A DNA stretch of 64,000 nt from Octopus sinensis. Lineage: Eukaryota. The notes beneath the pieces were generated by a model. It had not been told where the DNA came from and searched no databases. It worked only from the letters and a program-made list of their open reading frames with translations. Position 1 is the first letter of the stretch, and each line of letters starts with the position of its first letter. Below, one piece after another: positions 39,038 through 51,525 of the stretch. Both the position numbers and the translations under genes were made by a program. The stretch lies in contig NC_043011.1 of NCBI RefSeq assembly GCF_006345805.1, positions 47,876,464 to 47,940,463 on the forward strand. The letters are read 5' to 3'.

Positions 39038-39910
39038 AAGTAAAAAAAAAAATTTCTCTTCTTTTTCTGTTTTTGCTTTTTTTTTGATACAGAAGGTGTT
39101 ATTACTGGATATATTACCTCTGCCCGTCCATCACCTCTTATTTATTTGTATTTTTATGTGAGTGCATGGCATGTATGTGTGTCCAGCAGAGAACGTTTCC
39201 ATGTGCAGTCCAATGCTGATGAGGGGGGATCTGAACTGCTTGACCACGCTTCCTATACTGCATCTATTCAACCATTGATTGATTTTTACTTATTCATGTA
39301 AGAGAAAAATTGAGAGGAAGAAACGATTGCCTCTACACATCATCTTTCTAATCACTCCCTCTCTCTCTCTCTTTCTCCCTCTCTCTCTCCCTCCCCCCTC
39401 TCTCTCTCTCATATTCTCTGTAATTGATATGTCAATGTAAATTTTCATTTCAGAATCAATTTTCTTGCAATACTTCAAGCTATATAAGTAAGGAAATTGC
39501 TTAGGTGACATTCTGTTGGAAAAATGCTGTCAGGAAATATGATAGAAGTGGAGAGGATAGAACGGAGAGGGGAAGGGAAGGGTGTTGACAGTGGGAGGGG
39601 ATATGACAGTGGTGGTAGTAGTGGTGATGATGGTGGTGGTAGTAGTAGCAGGGGAAAACAACAAAGAATACAAATAATATCAAATAAGCAAACAAGTAGA
39701 GTGAACATAAAAACAAATACAATATAATATAATGTAATACATAGTATATATGTATGCATGTGTGTGTGTATATATATATATATATGTGTGTGTGTGTGGT
39801 GTATATAATATGTTATATATATATATATATATAATATATATATATATATAATACATATGTATATACATATATATATATATATATAATATATATATATATA
39901 TATGTATATA

Positions 39911-39947
<37 letters not shown>

Positions 39948-41239
39948 TAATAAATGTGCGTGTGTGTATATATATATTTTCATATATATATATATATATA
40001 TTTATAATTATATATAAAGACCATATGGATAAAGTTAAATCATGGTATTTTCTTCTAAGATTGTACAAAATTTGAGGGTTGTGGGGGAGAAGTGTCATCA
40101 TCAAGAAGAAAGAAAGAAAGAAGGAAGGAGAGTCTGAGAAAGATCAAGTGAGAGGAACAGACAGACGGACAGGAGGGAAGGAAGGAAAGGAGAGAGAAAT
40201 TATGTTTTTTCAATTAGTTTATGCTGTTGTTTTTCATTTTTACTTTTAAACAATGAGACAAAATATAACAGAAAATATCATACATATTACACCATGAACA
40301 GGATTTTTCTTCTTTTTCTTTTTGAGATTGTGTCACATCGATCTGCTGATTTCTCCTTCAATATTTCTAATTTTGCTTCTTCTTGTTTAAAGAGATCCAG
40401 TTCTTCAACTTTTTAAAATTTATCTCATCTTCTTAAACTTTCCACTATTACTACGACTTGTTGTTTTTGTTGTTGTTCTTTTTTGTTTTTCTTCTTCTTC
40501 TTCTTCTTTTCCTCCTCCTCCTCCTGCTTCTTTTTCTTCCTCCTCTCTAGTTTTTCAAATTCTTCCTTTTTGCTAATCTTTTGCATTCTCCTTCATCTTC
40601 TTCAAATTTCTGAATCCTTCTTCTTGTTCTTCAATTTTAAAAAAAATCCTCTTCTTTTTCTTCTTATTCCACCCCCCACCCCCACCACTCATTCACTATT
40701 TTTGGTAATTTTTTTTGTTGTTTTCTTTAATTTTCTGAAATTGTTCTCTTTCTTATTTCCTCAAGATCACCATGTCATTTTCCTCCTCCCTTCTCTCCTC
40801 CTCCTGTTCCTCCTCCTCTTCCCCCTCCTCCTCCTCCTCCTCTTTATTCTCCTTTACCTTCACCTCTCCCTCTTGCATTTCTTCATCATAATCAGATCTT
40901 CCCCCGCCTCTATCGTTAACCGACCAATGATGCTGGCCGATGAAATTCAAGTAATTTCAATTCAACCATCTGTGTTATTAAAACATAATTATTAATACAA
41001 ATTTCTAATAGAACATTCTCATTTGTCTTCAAACTAATTCTCTTGAAGTGGACACGACAATAGGAAGCTATCTTAAATCTTGTTGCTCTACTATTATTGT
41101 CATATCTCGACTGATTAGCCAAGAATAAGGAATACAGTTTTCAGAAATTATATAAATAATTTTAATACAGAACCCAAAAATAAATATTTGTAAGAAAGAA
41201 GAAGTTGGTTTAAAAAGTTGCAGCTTAACTCACATGTAA

Positions 41240-41628
41240 TGTGGGAAGCACTCCGTCGGTTACGACGATGAGGGTTCCAGGTGATCCAAATCAATGGAAC
41301 AGCCTGCTCGTGAAATTAACGTGTAAGTGGCTGAGCACTCCACAGACATGTGCACCCTTAACGTAGTTCTCGGGGATATTCAGCGTGACACAGAGAGTGA
41401 CAAGGCCGGCCCCTTGAAATACAGGTACAACAGAAACAGGAAGTAAGAGTGAGAGAAAGTTGTGGTGAAAGGGTACAGCAGAGATCACCACCATTCCCTG
41501 CCAGAGCCTCGTGGAGCTTTTAGGTGTTTTCGCTCAATAAACACTCACAACGCCCGGTCTGGGAATCGAAACCGCGATGCTATGACCGCGAGTCCGCTGC
41601 CCTAACCACTGGGCCATTGCGCCTCTAC
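41240..41628 (-). mobile_element. SINE family C, full length
   Basis: Near identical to 20488-20868. Confidence 0.92.
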
Positions 41629-41682
41629 ATGTAATATACTCATATAGCATATTCATCCATCCATCCATCTGTCTATCCATCA

Positions 41683-41713
<31 letters not shown>

Positions 41714-41771
41714 TATATATATATATTATATATATAAGAGAACAAAGTGTACATATGCTGCTATATATATA

Positions 41772-42046
41772 TATAAAATACAAAATGGGACAAGAATGTA
41801 AAATATCCGGACAACTAGGTGATACAAAAGGGGACAACAAAACATCCAGACAGACGATACAAGAAACAAGGACAGGTCATTCGAAGCCGTTGTCCTCAGT
41901 CAAGAACCGGATCATCCTTGCAATTTTGGCTGATTAATCTTGAGATTGCTCCAATCTGGCCAGCCTCAAGGAAAAACTAAGCTAAGAGCATTAGATTCCT
42001 TGTATCACCTAGTTGTCTGGATGTTTTGCGTTCTTGTCCCATTTTG

Positions 42047-42054
<8 letters not shown>
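41772..42054. mobile_element. (TA)n-embedded element with ~57-bp inverted ends
   Basis: tataaaatacaaaatgggacaagaa..ggacaactaggtgatacaa / ttgtatcacctagttgtc..ttcttgtcccattttgtattttata; related sequence at 42490-42610. Confidence 0.8.
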
Positions 42055-42090
<36 letters not shown>

Positions 42091-42146
42091 AGGTTTGGAG
42101 ATGATGTACAGGTATTATATATTAGAAGAAATTACCATTTCTTCTA

Positions 42147-42187
<41 letters not shown>

Positions 42188-42809
42188 CTTTCTTTCTTAG
42201 CCTGATTGCCAACCGCCAACACCTCTTATGCCCATCTCCTATGTTCCTGCCTATAGGCTTTCACTTCATACATGACAGCTCAATTTGATTCATTCTCAGT
42301 TGAAAGACACTCTTTGTTATTTTCTTGTTGTATGTATTTGCAATTATGTACCCTGCTCTCTGTTTTTTGTCTTTGTTGCTGTACAAATTCACTAGCTTTC
42401 TTACAAAAAAAATCTAATGCTTTTAGTCTAGACGTTTTGGGGGGCAACCAGATTGAACTGTCTCAAGTGTAACTACCCAAAACAGTAAGGACTTCTGGTA
42501 ACTTGACTGAGGAAAGAAGCACAAATGACCCGTCTTTTTTGGCCTGTCCATCTAATTGTTGTTTCTCCTGTCCACCCTTGTATCACCTATCAGTCCGAAT
42601 GTTTTATTGTCCTCTATTGCGGTTTAGTTCCATTTTATATATATATATATAGATGGATGGATGGATGGATACACACAAGCACATATAGATAGATATATAC
42701 ACACACACATATATATATATATTTATATTTATATACACACATATATATATGTCTATATGTATATAAATGTATATATAAATATATGTATATATATATCTAC
42801 AAATACATC

Positions 42810-43042
42810 GGTGGCACATAAAATACACCAATCTGACCATGGCCGTTGCCAGCCCCGCCTGGCACCTGTGCAGGTGGCACGTAAAAAGCACCCACTACAC
42901 TCACGGAGTGGTTGGCGTTAGGAAGGGTATCCAGCTGTAGAAACATTGCCAAATTAGACTGGAGCCTGGTGCAGCCTTCTGGCTTCCCAGAACCCCGGTC
43001 GAACCGTCCAACCCATGCTAGCGCGGAAAACGGACGTTAAAC

Positions 43043-43075
<33 letters not shown>
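42810..43075 (+). mobile_element. RTE-type 3' end
   Basis: Two subrepeats plus the standard tail and (gat)n. Confidence 0.85.
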
Positions 43076-43118
43076 ATATCTATACATACCTATATATCTA
43101 TATATATAAAAGAGAGTT

Positions 43119-43152
<34 letters not shown>

Positions 43153-43512
43153 TGCGCGTATGTTCCTTATGCATTTGAAAACTAAGCTGCTAATTTTGTT
43201 GCATGGCTATCAATGGATTCAGTGATCCTTTGCTACCAAATAAACTTTATATTCTTTCACCTATTTTTTTATGTTATCTCAACAACCAGCTATATTTATT
43301 TGAAATACACTGCTCTACAACGACCAGGTTCCATTGGAGTGAAAAAATTTCACACTTTTAATTTGAACCAAAATTACAGTGTTGCATTATGAGAATGATG
43401 GTGTGTGAATAATGAAAGCAATGATTCTCTGAATTAGTCACATCTATACTATAATAAATAAAGCTGCTTATCATCTATCTATATATTTAAAGGCTACCAC
43501 TTTTCACTTCTC

Positions 43513-43606
<94 letters not shown>

Positions 43607-43607
43607 T

Positions 43608-43844
43608 ATATAACGGGAAGCTTTATGAAATAGACAAAAGACGAAGGCAGGTGGAATACAAACAAACATTGTATTAGTATGGCGCTCAGGAAATATAAAT
43701 AAAACAAGTCTTTAACGTTTCGAGCTTATGCTCTTCAACAGAAAGATACACAGAGAAAAAAAACACAGAAAGAAGAGAGAAAAAAAATGCGTGCAAAGGC
43801 TAGCGAATCAACATGGCGATATATATATATATATATATATATAT

Positions 43845-43882
<38 letters not shown>

Positions 43883-43933
43883 TATTTCTGTAAACCTGCC
43901 TTCGTCTTTTGTCTATTCTCATAAAGCTTCCCG

Positions 43934-43940
<7 letters not shown>
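43608..43940 (-). mobile_element. Family H1 repeat with inverted partial copy
   Basis: 43608-43670 is inverted at 43878-43940; minus motif tcttt-CTGTTGA-A-GAGC-ATAA-GCTC-GAAAC-GTT-AAAGA. Confidence 0.75.
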
Positions 43941-44000
<60 letters not shown>

Positions 44001-44017
44001 ATATATATATATATATG

Positions 44018-44822
44018 CGATGGGCTTCTTTCAGTTTCCGTCTACCAAATCCACTCAAAGGCTTTGGTTAGCCTGAGGCTATAATAGAAGACACTTCCCA
44101 AGGTGCTACACAGTGGGACTGAACCCGGAACCATGTGGTTGGTAAGCAAGCTACTTACCACACAACCACATTTTTATAATGTTAGTGTAGGCTAGGTGTG
44201 AGAGGTTAGATGTGGCCAATTTGAATATAAAAACATAAAGAATATTTGGATCCGGTTTGGCCAATTTAAATGCTAAATGGTTAAAGAGCTGTAAATAAGA
44301 GCTGCAAAGCATTCTCTCTATCCCCTGTCTATCTTTTATCGTTTGTCTTATATCTTTTGTTTGATTCAGTCATTAGGCCACAGCCATACTGGAGCAAGGT
44401 CTTGAAGAATTCTTGAAGAATTGCAGTCAAATGAATTGACCCATGTACATATCTTCTATAAGCCTGGCGCTTATTTTATTGTCACTGACAATATTGAGAG
44501 AAAATAAGTGGTGGAAGCCTGTATATGCTTTTGTGTTTTGAATTGTTCTTCATGCAACAAAGCAAGTGAACAGTTTGTTGACAGAAGTGACAGAAACATT
44601 ACCAATCATAGCAAAGAAATTTTGGAAACGGCATACGTAAATACAGAGACACACATATTTATGTCTAATAGGATTCTTGAGTTTCTGTCCACCAAATTTA
44701 CTCACAAGGCTTTAGTTGGCTTGAGACAACTGTAGAAAATTCTTCACCAAGGTGGTGCTATGAACTCAGTCTGAACCTAAAACCCCAAGGCTGGGAAGCA
44801 AAGTTCTTGTCCCCACAGCCAT
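44018..44822 (-). mobile_element. SINE family A fragments (heads 44018-44170 and 44665-44822; tail 44340-44480) with MITE-2 end at 44175-44284
   Basis: Family A motifs in reverse orientation; aatgctaaatggttaa at ~44270. Confidence 0.7.
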
Positions 44823-45192
44823 CTGTATGTATATGGACATGTGAATATACACATATAAAAAGATACATATAGATATATACATCTATATCTATCTGTGTAT
44901 AAATGTTTAATTGTGTGTGTGTGTGTGCATGTGAATATATACATATACATATATAAAAGATACATATAGATATATATACATCTATATCTATCTGTATATG
45001 TATGTTTATGTATAAATATATACATACTTACATACATAAATAAATATATATACATATATATGTGTGTTTATATATATATATATATATTGTATACACACAC
45101 ACACATGCATATGTATGCACAATATATACTCATCTCATCTATGTACATATATAAATGAATATACAGGAACACACACACTCATGGAAACATAC

Positions 45193-45210
45193 CTAATTTT
45201 GATGATCAAG
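45193..45210 (-). CDS. Candidate 18-nt microexon CTTGATCATCAAAATTAG (open only in phase 2: LIIKI)
   Basis: Minus: ggaatccttcttttgcttctctctcag / 18 nt / gtatgt; TGC inside the pyrimidine tract. Confidence 0.5.
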   Translation of the reverse strand, partial: LDHQN

Positions 45211-45769
45211 CTGAGAGAGAAGCAAAAGAAGGATTCCATTTGGAATGGAAATGTTGCCAGCAGTTAATTTAAACAAAACGGTGTAGGAGGCCAGACTGCC
45301 TTAGCAGGATACAAATTACATGAGAGGAGTGAGGCAGGGGGGTGTTCAGAAATTACTATCATATATTTAATGAAGATAATATGCTAAATGACAAAGTTTT
45401 CTAGGCATGCTTCCCAACTAATTATATGACCAATTGTTTTGCATGGGCCAGCAAGATGCCACTATGTAGTCATTTGATTTGTTAGACATAACAGCTAAAT
45501 CTTCTGAATATCACTCTCTAAGGGAAGGATACATTGGACAGTGTAGTCTTAAATGCATTCTGCTTGTAATATTTATTGATTAACATTGTTTTTGAATCAA
45601 TCATGCATTATTACAATGTATTGTAGCTTCAAGATTTTGGTGCTATGATTGTTTATTTTTAGAATGCATTCCAGGACAAGCGTGAGAGGCTTCATCTGGC
45701 CAGTTTGAACATAAAACTGGAGGTATTTTGGGGTCAGATATGGCCAGTTTAAATACTGTTTTGTACTCT

Positions 45770-45970
45770 AGGTACAAGGCCCAAAATTTTTGGGGAGGAG
45801 CGCCAGTCAATTAGATCGACCCCAGTATGCAACTGGTATTTAATTTATCAACCCCGAAAGGATGAAAGGCAAAGTCAACCTTGGCAGAATTTGAACTCAG
45901 AATGTAAAGACAGACGAAATACCACTAAGCATTTTGCCCCACGTGCTAACATTTCTGCGAGCATGTTGCC
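45770..45970 (-). mobile_element. SINE family B, tail type 2
   Basis: ggtacaaggcccaaaattttt...gaactcagaatgtaaagacagacgaaatacc. Confidence 0.85.
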
Positions 45971-46417
45971 TTCAGCCACTTTAGATACTAAACAGTCAAA
46001 GGATGTAGGAAGTTTGGGATTAATCATAGCTGTATTCTTCGTCCACAGAGTAAATTGAATGACTACTGTAGTCAAAAATAGCCTTAGAAACTTTGGGTAG
46101 TCTTTCAATGGAGGTGGTCTCACTGTGAATAAGCTTGAATGCTATAATAAGAAGGGGCATTTAATATTTTGGGAATTACAATCATGAGGTAGAAGAAAAT
46201 TTTTTCAAGTGAAAATTGGTAAAATATGTTTCCTTCTCAGACAAAATGAAAGCATTGTATCATTAGATATTTATTCTACCCAATGTAAATGACCCTGACT
46301 ACAGAGTAGCTGCCTATGAGCCAATCTCAGACAATATTGACTGGGTTTAATTATAGATGGAAACTATCAAAGACTTTCAATTCAAATGTTTGTAAAAAAA
46401 AGACAAAAAGAAGCAAA

Positions 46418-46467
<50 letters not shown>

Positions 46468-46772
46468 CACGCACACACATGAATTGTTTTGTGAAATAAA
46501 AAAAAGAAGAAGAAGAAGCAAGACAACAGTTGATTCGACAATCAAATCTCAGCTGTTGTTTTGTCTTACTTCATTAAAAGACTGGAAATTAGAGTTTGGT
46601 AAATTTGAATACCAAAGAAAATGATCTACAAAATAAAAAAAAAACCCCAACAATTATGTAAGACAAAATGGAGGAATTCAGCAGAAAACAAAGAACAAAT
46701 CAACTACCACAACAAACAACAATAATAATAGTAGTAGTAGTAGTAGTAGTAGTAGTAATAATAATGATGATG

Positions 46773-46806
<34 letters not shown>

Positions 46807-47576
46807 ATAAAGAAAAGTAAGTAGGGAAATTGCAAAGTTTCGTTAACATTGTGTAAAACAAATACTTGAGTAATTGTAATATGTCTGTTGTTAAATTCAT
46901 TGGGGTGTTTATGTGTGTGTGTGTGTGTGTGGTTTTGTGTTTTATTTTAAGTATTATTGACAAAAGAAATTATTATCATTGTTACTGTTTTTATATCAAT
47001 GTACAAAAAAAAGAAGAAAAAAAGGAAAATGATAGATGCGGAGAGAGAGAGACATCATTGAAAAATCTTAATCAGCATTCGTCTCTTCAGTGCATTGTCA
47101 TAAGAAAAGTATTGTTCAGCCAGATTGCTGTATTTAGTAAGTCTTTATTTTAATTAATTTTCTATCATCGTTAATATTTCCTTCCTTTTTACTGGTAGAA
47201 AATGGGTATAAATTTAATGATGGAGTTACTGATATTAAGACCTAATAATGTGTAAATGTGTAAGTCTGATTAATTGGAATAGGAGAATAGGGTTTCCTAG
47301 ATTCATAAATATACTTATATCAGGTACATTCTGTTTTATATGTATGCATCTGCACAAATACACATGTGTGTGTGTGTGTGTGTTTATGAAAAATTGAGAT
47401 GTCAAAGGAATAAACAATTATATTAGGGACTTCATTAGCTTACAGCTGTTTCTGCTAAAAGGGGCAATGCATTAATATTTGAAAGCTTCAGTAAGCTAAT
47501 GAAGTTTATAACATAATTGTTTATACATATATAGATACATAATACATACATACATTATATAATATATATAAAAGAG

Positions 47577-47747
47577 GTGTAGGAGGGGCTGTGTGGTAAG
47601 TAGCTTGCTTACCAACCACGTTTTTCTGAGTTCAGTCCCACCGTGTGGCACCTTGGGCAAGTGTCTTCAATATAGCCTCAGGCCGACCAAAGCCTTGTGA
47701 GTGGATTTGGAAGACGGAAACAGAAAGAAGCCCGTCGTAGATATGTT

Positions 47748-47784
<37 letters not shown>

Positions 47785-48114
47785 TATATATATGTTTGTG
47801 TGTGTATATATATATATATATCACATGATCACGTGACCGACCAGACCATCAGATGTTGCTACACATCGCTGGTCACAATGCATTCGCATTGTTTTAGCCT
47901 TCGAATGACGCCACCCCACTGGCTAAGCGAGCAGACCAACAGAAGAAAGAGTGAGAGAAAGAGTGGTGAAAGAGTACAGCAGGGATCCCCACCGCCTGCC
48001 GGAGCCTCGTGGAGCTTTTAGGTATTTTCGCTCAACAAACACACACACGCCCAGTCTGGGAATCGAAACCACAATCCTACGACCGCTGCCTTAACCACTA
48101 GGCCATTGCACCTC

Positions 48115-48156
<42 letters not shown>

Positions 48157-48511
48157 TAAAAAAGGAGATGTGGAACACGAGTTGTGATATATAAAAAAAG
48201 GAAATGAAGAAAATGCTGACAAAATAATTTAAGTAAGGGAGAGTGTATTTAATTAGGTGAAAGTTCTTTTTACCGGTGCGCATTTGTTATGCTTATCAAA
48301 AGATATTTTTTAAAGAGAGATAGAGTTCGTTTGTGATAGATTTTTTCTCCTATCTGATAAGAGAAAAAAATCTATCACAAAGGAACTCTATCTCTCTTAA
48401 AAAAATATCTTTGATAAGCATAACAAATGCGCAACCGGTAAAAAGAACTTTCACCTAATTAAATACACTTCCCTTACTTAATTATTTTGTCAGCATTTTC
48501 TTCATTTCCTT

Positions 48512-48544
<33 letters not shown>

Positions 48545-48625
48545 ATATTTTTGTGTGTCTGTGTTTGTCCCCCCAACATCGCATAACAACCGATGCTGGT
48601 GTGTTTACATCCCCGTAACTTAGTG
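47577..48625 (+). mobile_element. SINE family A split by inserts (C-headed SINE 47822-48115 on minus; palindrome 48190-48520)
   Basis: A head 47577-47740; the A tail resumes at ~48540 (gtctgtgtttgtccccccaacatcgc). Confidence 0.8.
48190..48520. repeat. Near-perfect ~330-bp palindrome, essentially no spacer
   Basis: Axis at T48355 (ctcctatc-t-gataagag); arms differ by only a few substitutions and 1-nt indels. Confidence 0.95.
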
Positions 48626-48974
48626 CGCAAAGCGGGAAAAGAGTTATCAAGTAACAGTTATAGAATAAAAGTAGAATAACATTTCGGATATGGTCCCTTT
48701 TTGGATATACAAAGAAAAGCCCAAGAAAGAATAAAAAGAGAGGAGGAAAAGAGATAAGAATAAATGAGAGAGCTGGGATAAGATGCACAAAGGTAACCCA
48801 CATGTCTAAACTCTGACTAACCAGAACCAAAAGGAGAAGTTACAAGAGTATTAATTAAATTTGATTGACCGAAATCATCATTTGCAACTATTCATAGTTT
48901 TCCTGAGTGGATGGAAGTTCTGCTTTTCCTTAGGTTGCCATTTTGGAATGAATTTCAGAAAGAGACAGTAACTA

Positions 48975-49205
48975 TTTCTTTACTACCCACAAGGGACTAA
49001 ACACAGAGGGGACAAACAAGGACAGACAAAGGGATTAAGTCGATTACATCGACCCCTGTGCGTAACTGGTACTTTATTTATCGACCCCGAAACGATGAAA
49101 GGCAAAGTCGACCTCAGCGGAATTTGAACTCAGAACGTAACGGCGGACGAAATACGGCTACGCATTTCGCCCGGCATGCTAACGTTTCTGCCAGCTCACC
49201 GCCTT
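48975..49205 (-). mobile_element. SINE family B, full length
   Basis: tatttctttactacccacaagg...ccagctcaccgcc. Confidence 0.92.
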
Positions 49206-49359
49206 AGTATCAATGTGTTGTAGCACTGGTGTTGTTGAATTTGTGACTTCTCCTAGAACCCGGAACAACGTGGTTCGTAAGCAAGCTAGTTAACACATAG
49301 CCTCTCCTATGCCTCAATTACTATTTTATTCTGGTGGACCCCACACAGATATTCAATAT

Positions 49360-50049
49360 TTAACCCTTTCGTTACCAACCCGGCTGAAACCGGCTCTGGT
49401 TCTGAGTACAAATGTCTTGTTTTCATAAGTTTTGAATTAAAATCTTCCACCAAACCTTAGTCACAATTTATGTTCCTAAAACTAGCTGAATGATAACTAA
49501 GTTATTTTACTACATTATTTGTTATATTTAAAGTAATTGAAAGAAACACAGAGCATCTCAAAATAAATACCGTAACAAAAGGGTTAACAAATGATTAATT
49601 TAACCCTTCCGATAAAAACCCAGCTGAAACCTGCTCTGGCTCTGAGTACAAATGTCTTGTTTTCATAAGTTTTGAATTAAAATCTTCCACCAAACCTTAG
49701 TCACAATTTATGTTCCTAAAACTAGCTGAATGATGACTAAGTTATTTTACTAAATTCTTTGTTATATTTAACCCTTTCATTACTGTATTTATTTTGAGAT
49801 GCTCTGTGTTTCTTTCAATTACATTAAATATAACAAAGAATTTAGTAAAATAACTTGGTTGTCATTCAGCTAGTGTTAGGAACATAAATTATGACTAAGG
49901 TTTGGTGGAAGATTTTAATTCAAAACTTATGGAAACAAGACATTTGTACTCAGAGCCAGAGCAGTTTCAGCCGGTTGGTAACGAAAGGGTTAAAGCAATT
50001 GAAAGAAACAGAGAGCATCTCAAAATAAATACAGTAACGAAAGGGTTAA
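49360..50049. mobile_element. Cluster of three piggyBac-type MITE-1 copies, one nested
   Basis: Copy 1 49364-49583; copy 2 49604-50045; copy 3 inverted at 49772-49989; each bounded by TTAA and CCC...GGG TIRs. Confidence 0.93.
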
Positions 50050-50130
50050 ATAGTCTTTCGAAAATTCCTCATTTGTTAATCACACATGCACTTGTAGAGT
50101 TTGGACTATATAAGATGTTAGATAAAGAAA

Positions 50131-50360
50131 GGTGGTGAGCTGGCAGAAACGTTAGCACGCCGGGCGAAATGCGTAGCCGTATTTCGTCTGCCATTATGTT
50201 CTGAGTTCAAATTCCACCGAGGTTGACTTTGCCTTTCATCCTTTCGGGGTCGATAAATTAAGCACCAGTTATGCACTGGGGTCGATGTAATCGACTTAAT
50301 CCCTTTATCTGTCCTTGTTTGTCCCCTCTGTGTTTAGTCCCTTGTGGGTAGTAAAGAAAT
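50131..50360 (+). mobile_element. SINE family B, full length
   Basis: ggtggtgagctggcagaaacgttagc...gtagtaaagaaata. Confidence 0.92.
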
Positions 50361-51293
50361 ATATATAAGGTGTTAGATAAAGAATCCTTGTTGTTTCTTG
50401 CATTACATACAGTTAAAATTAAATTGTTTCGTGGGCCCTTATAAATACTACTCTGGATTTCCAATCTACTATTTCACTAGTGTGGACCCCACAAAATCTT
50501 ATATAGACCCTCAGGGATCATATTGACCCTGGTTGAAAACAATGGTTTAAAGTCAAACAATGAATTTTCATGATTTTTTAAAATTGAATCTGCTTTTGCA
50601 GAAACTCTAAATTTATGAACTACAAGTACATCATTGAACAATGGAGAGAGAAGAATTTGCAGCAATAGCAGTGTGAGAAACCCTAACGCCATAAACTTCT
50701 ACCCGTTTCTTGACTCAGTAAGCAATCTAGTATCAATGTTTGTGTTTGTAAAATTTTTGTGGCTTTCCAAATTTGACCACTCAAGACTGACATCCCTTCT
50801 CCTCGATATGGTTGATTCTAGCTTCAGGGCCTGTATTAATGCAAGCTGAAAGAAAAAGATTTGTGCAGCTATGTCATAATGTTGTTTAGAGTCTATTCCC
50901 AACATTGGCAGCCTGGCTGGTGAGCTGCAAGATTCCTTTGCACGGAAGCGCTGTACACAACAGACACAGATACATACACACACGCATGCACACACACACA
51001 TGCATGCATATATACACATAGATATGAACACATACACATGTACATGTACAAATACAGATATGGACACCCACACATGTTTGTATGTGTATGTATGTGTGTA
51101 TATAGAAATACACACAAATATGTATGTATATATGTATATACATATATAAACTTATACATATATAAATTTTTGTTTATGTATATACAAGTTTGAATACACA
51201 CACACATGTATTATATGTGGGTATGTATGTATATATATATAGAGAGAGAGAGAGCGAGAGACATATATATAGGTATATGAGTGTGAATATAAA

Positions 51294-51338
<45 letters not shown>

Positions 51339-51492
51339 GTATATGTGTGTGAATATAAAGGTGTGTATATACATACACACACACATATATATATATATAC
51401 ATTACTTATATATATATATATGCACACACACATATATTTATACACTTATATCTATACATATACATACATATATATATATAAATATATAAATA

Positions 51493-51525
<33 letters not shown>

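Noticed and set aside
39093-39301. Plus-strand open frame after a strong acceptor (EGVITGY...LFM*)
   Set aside because: All three frames are open in the first part and there is no recognisable domain; cannot be supported without expression data.
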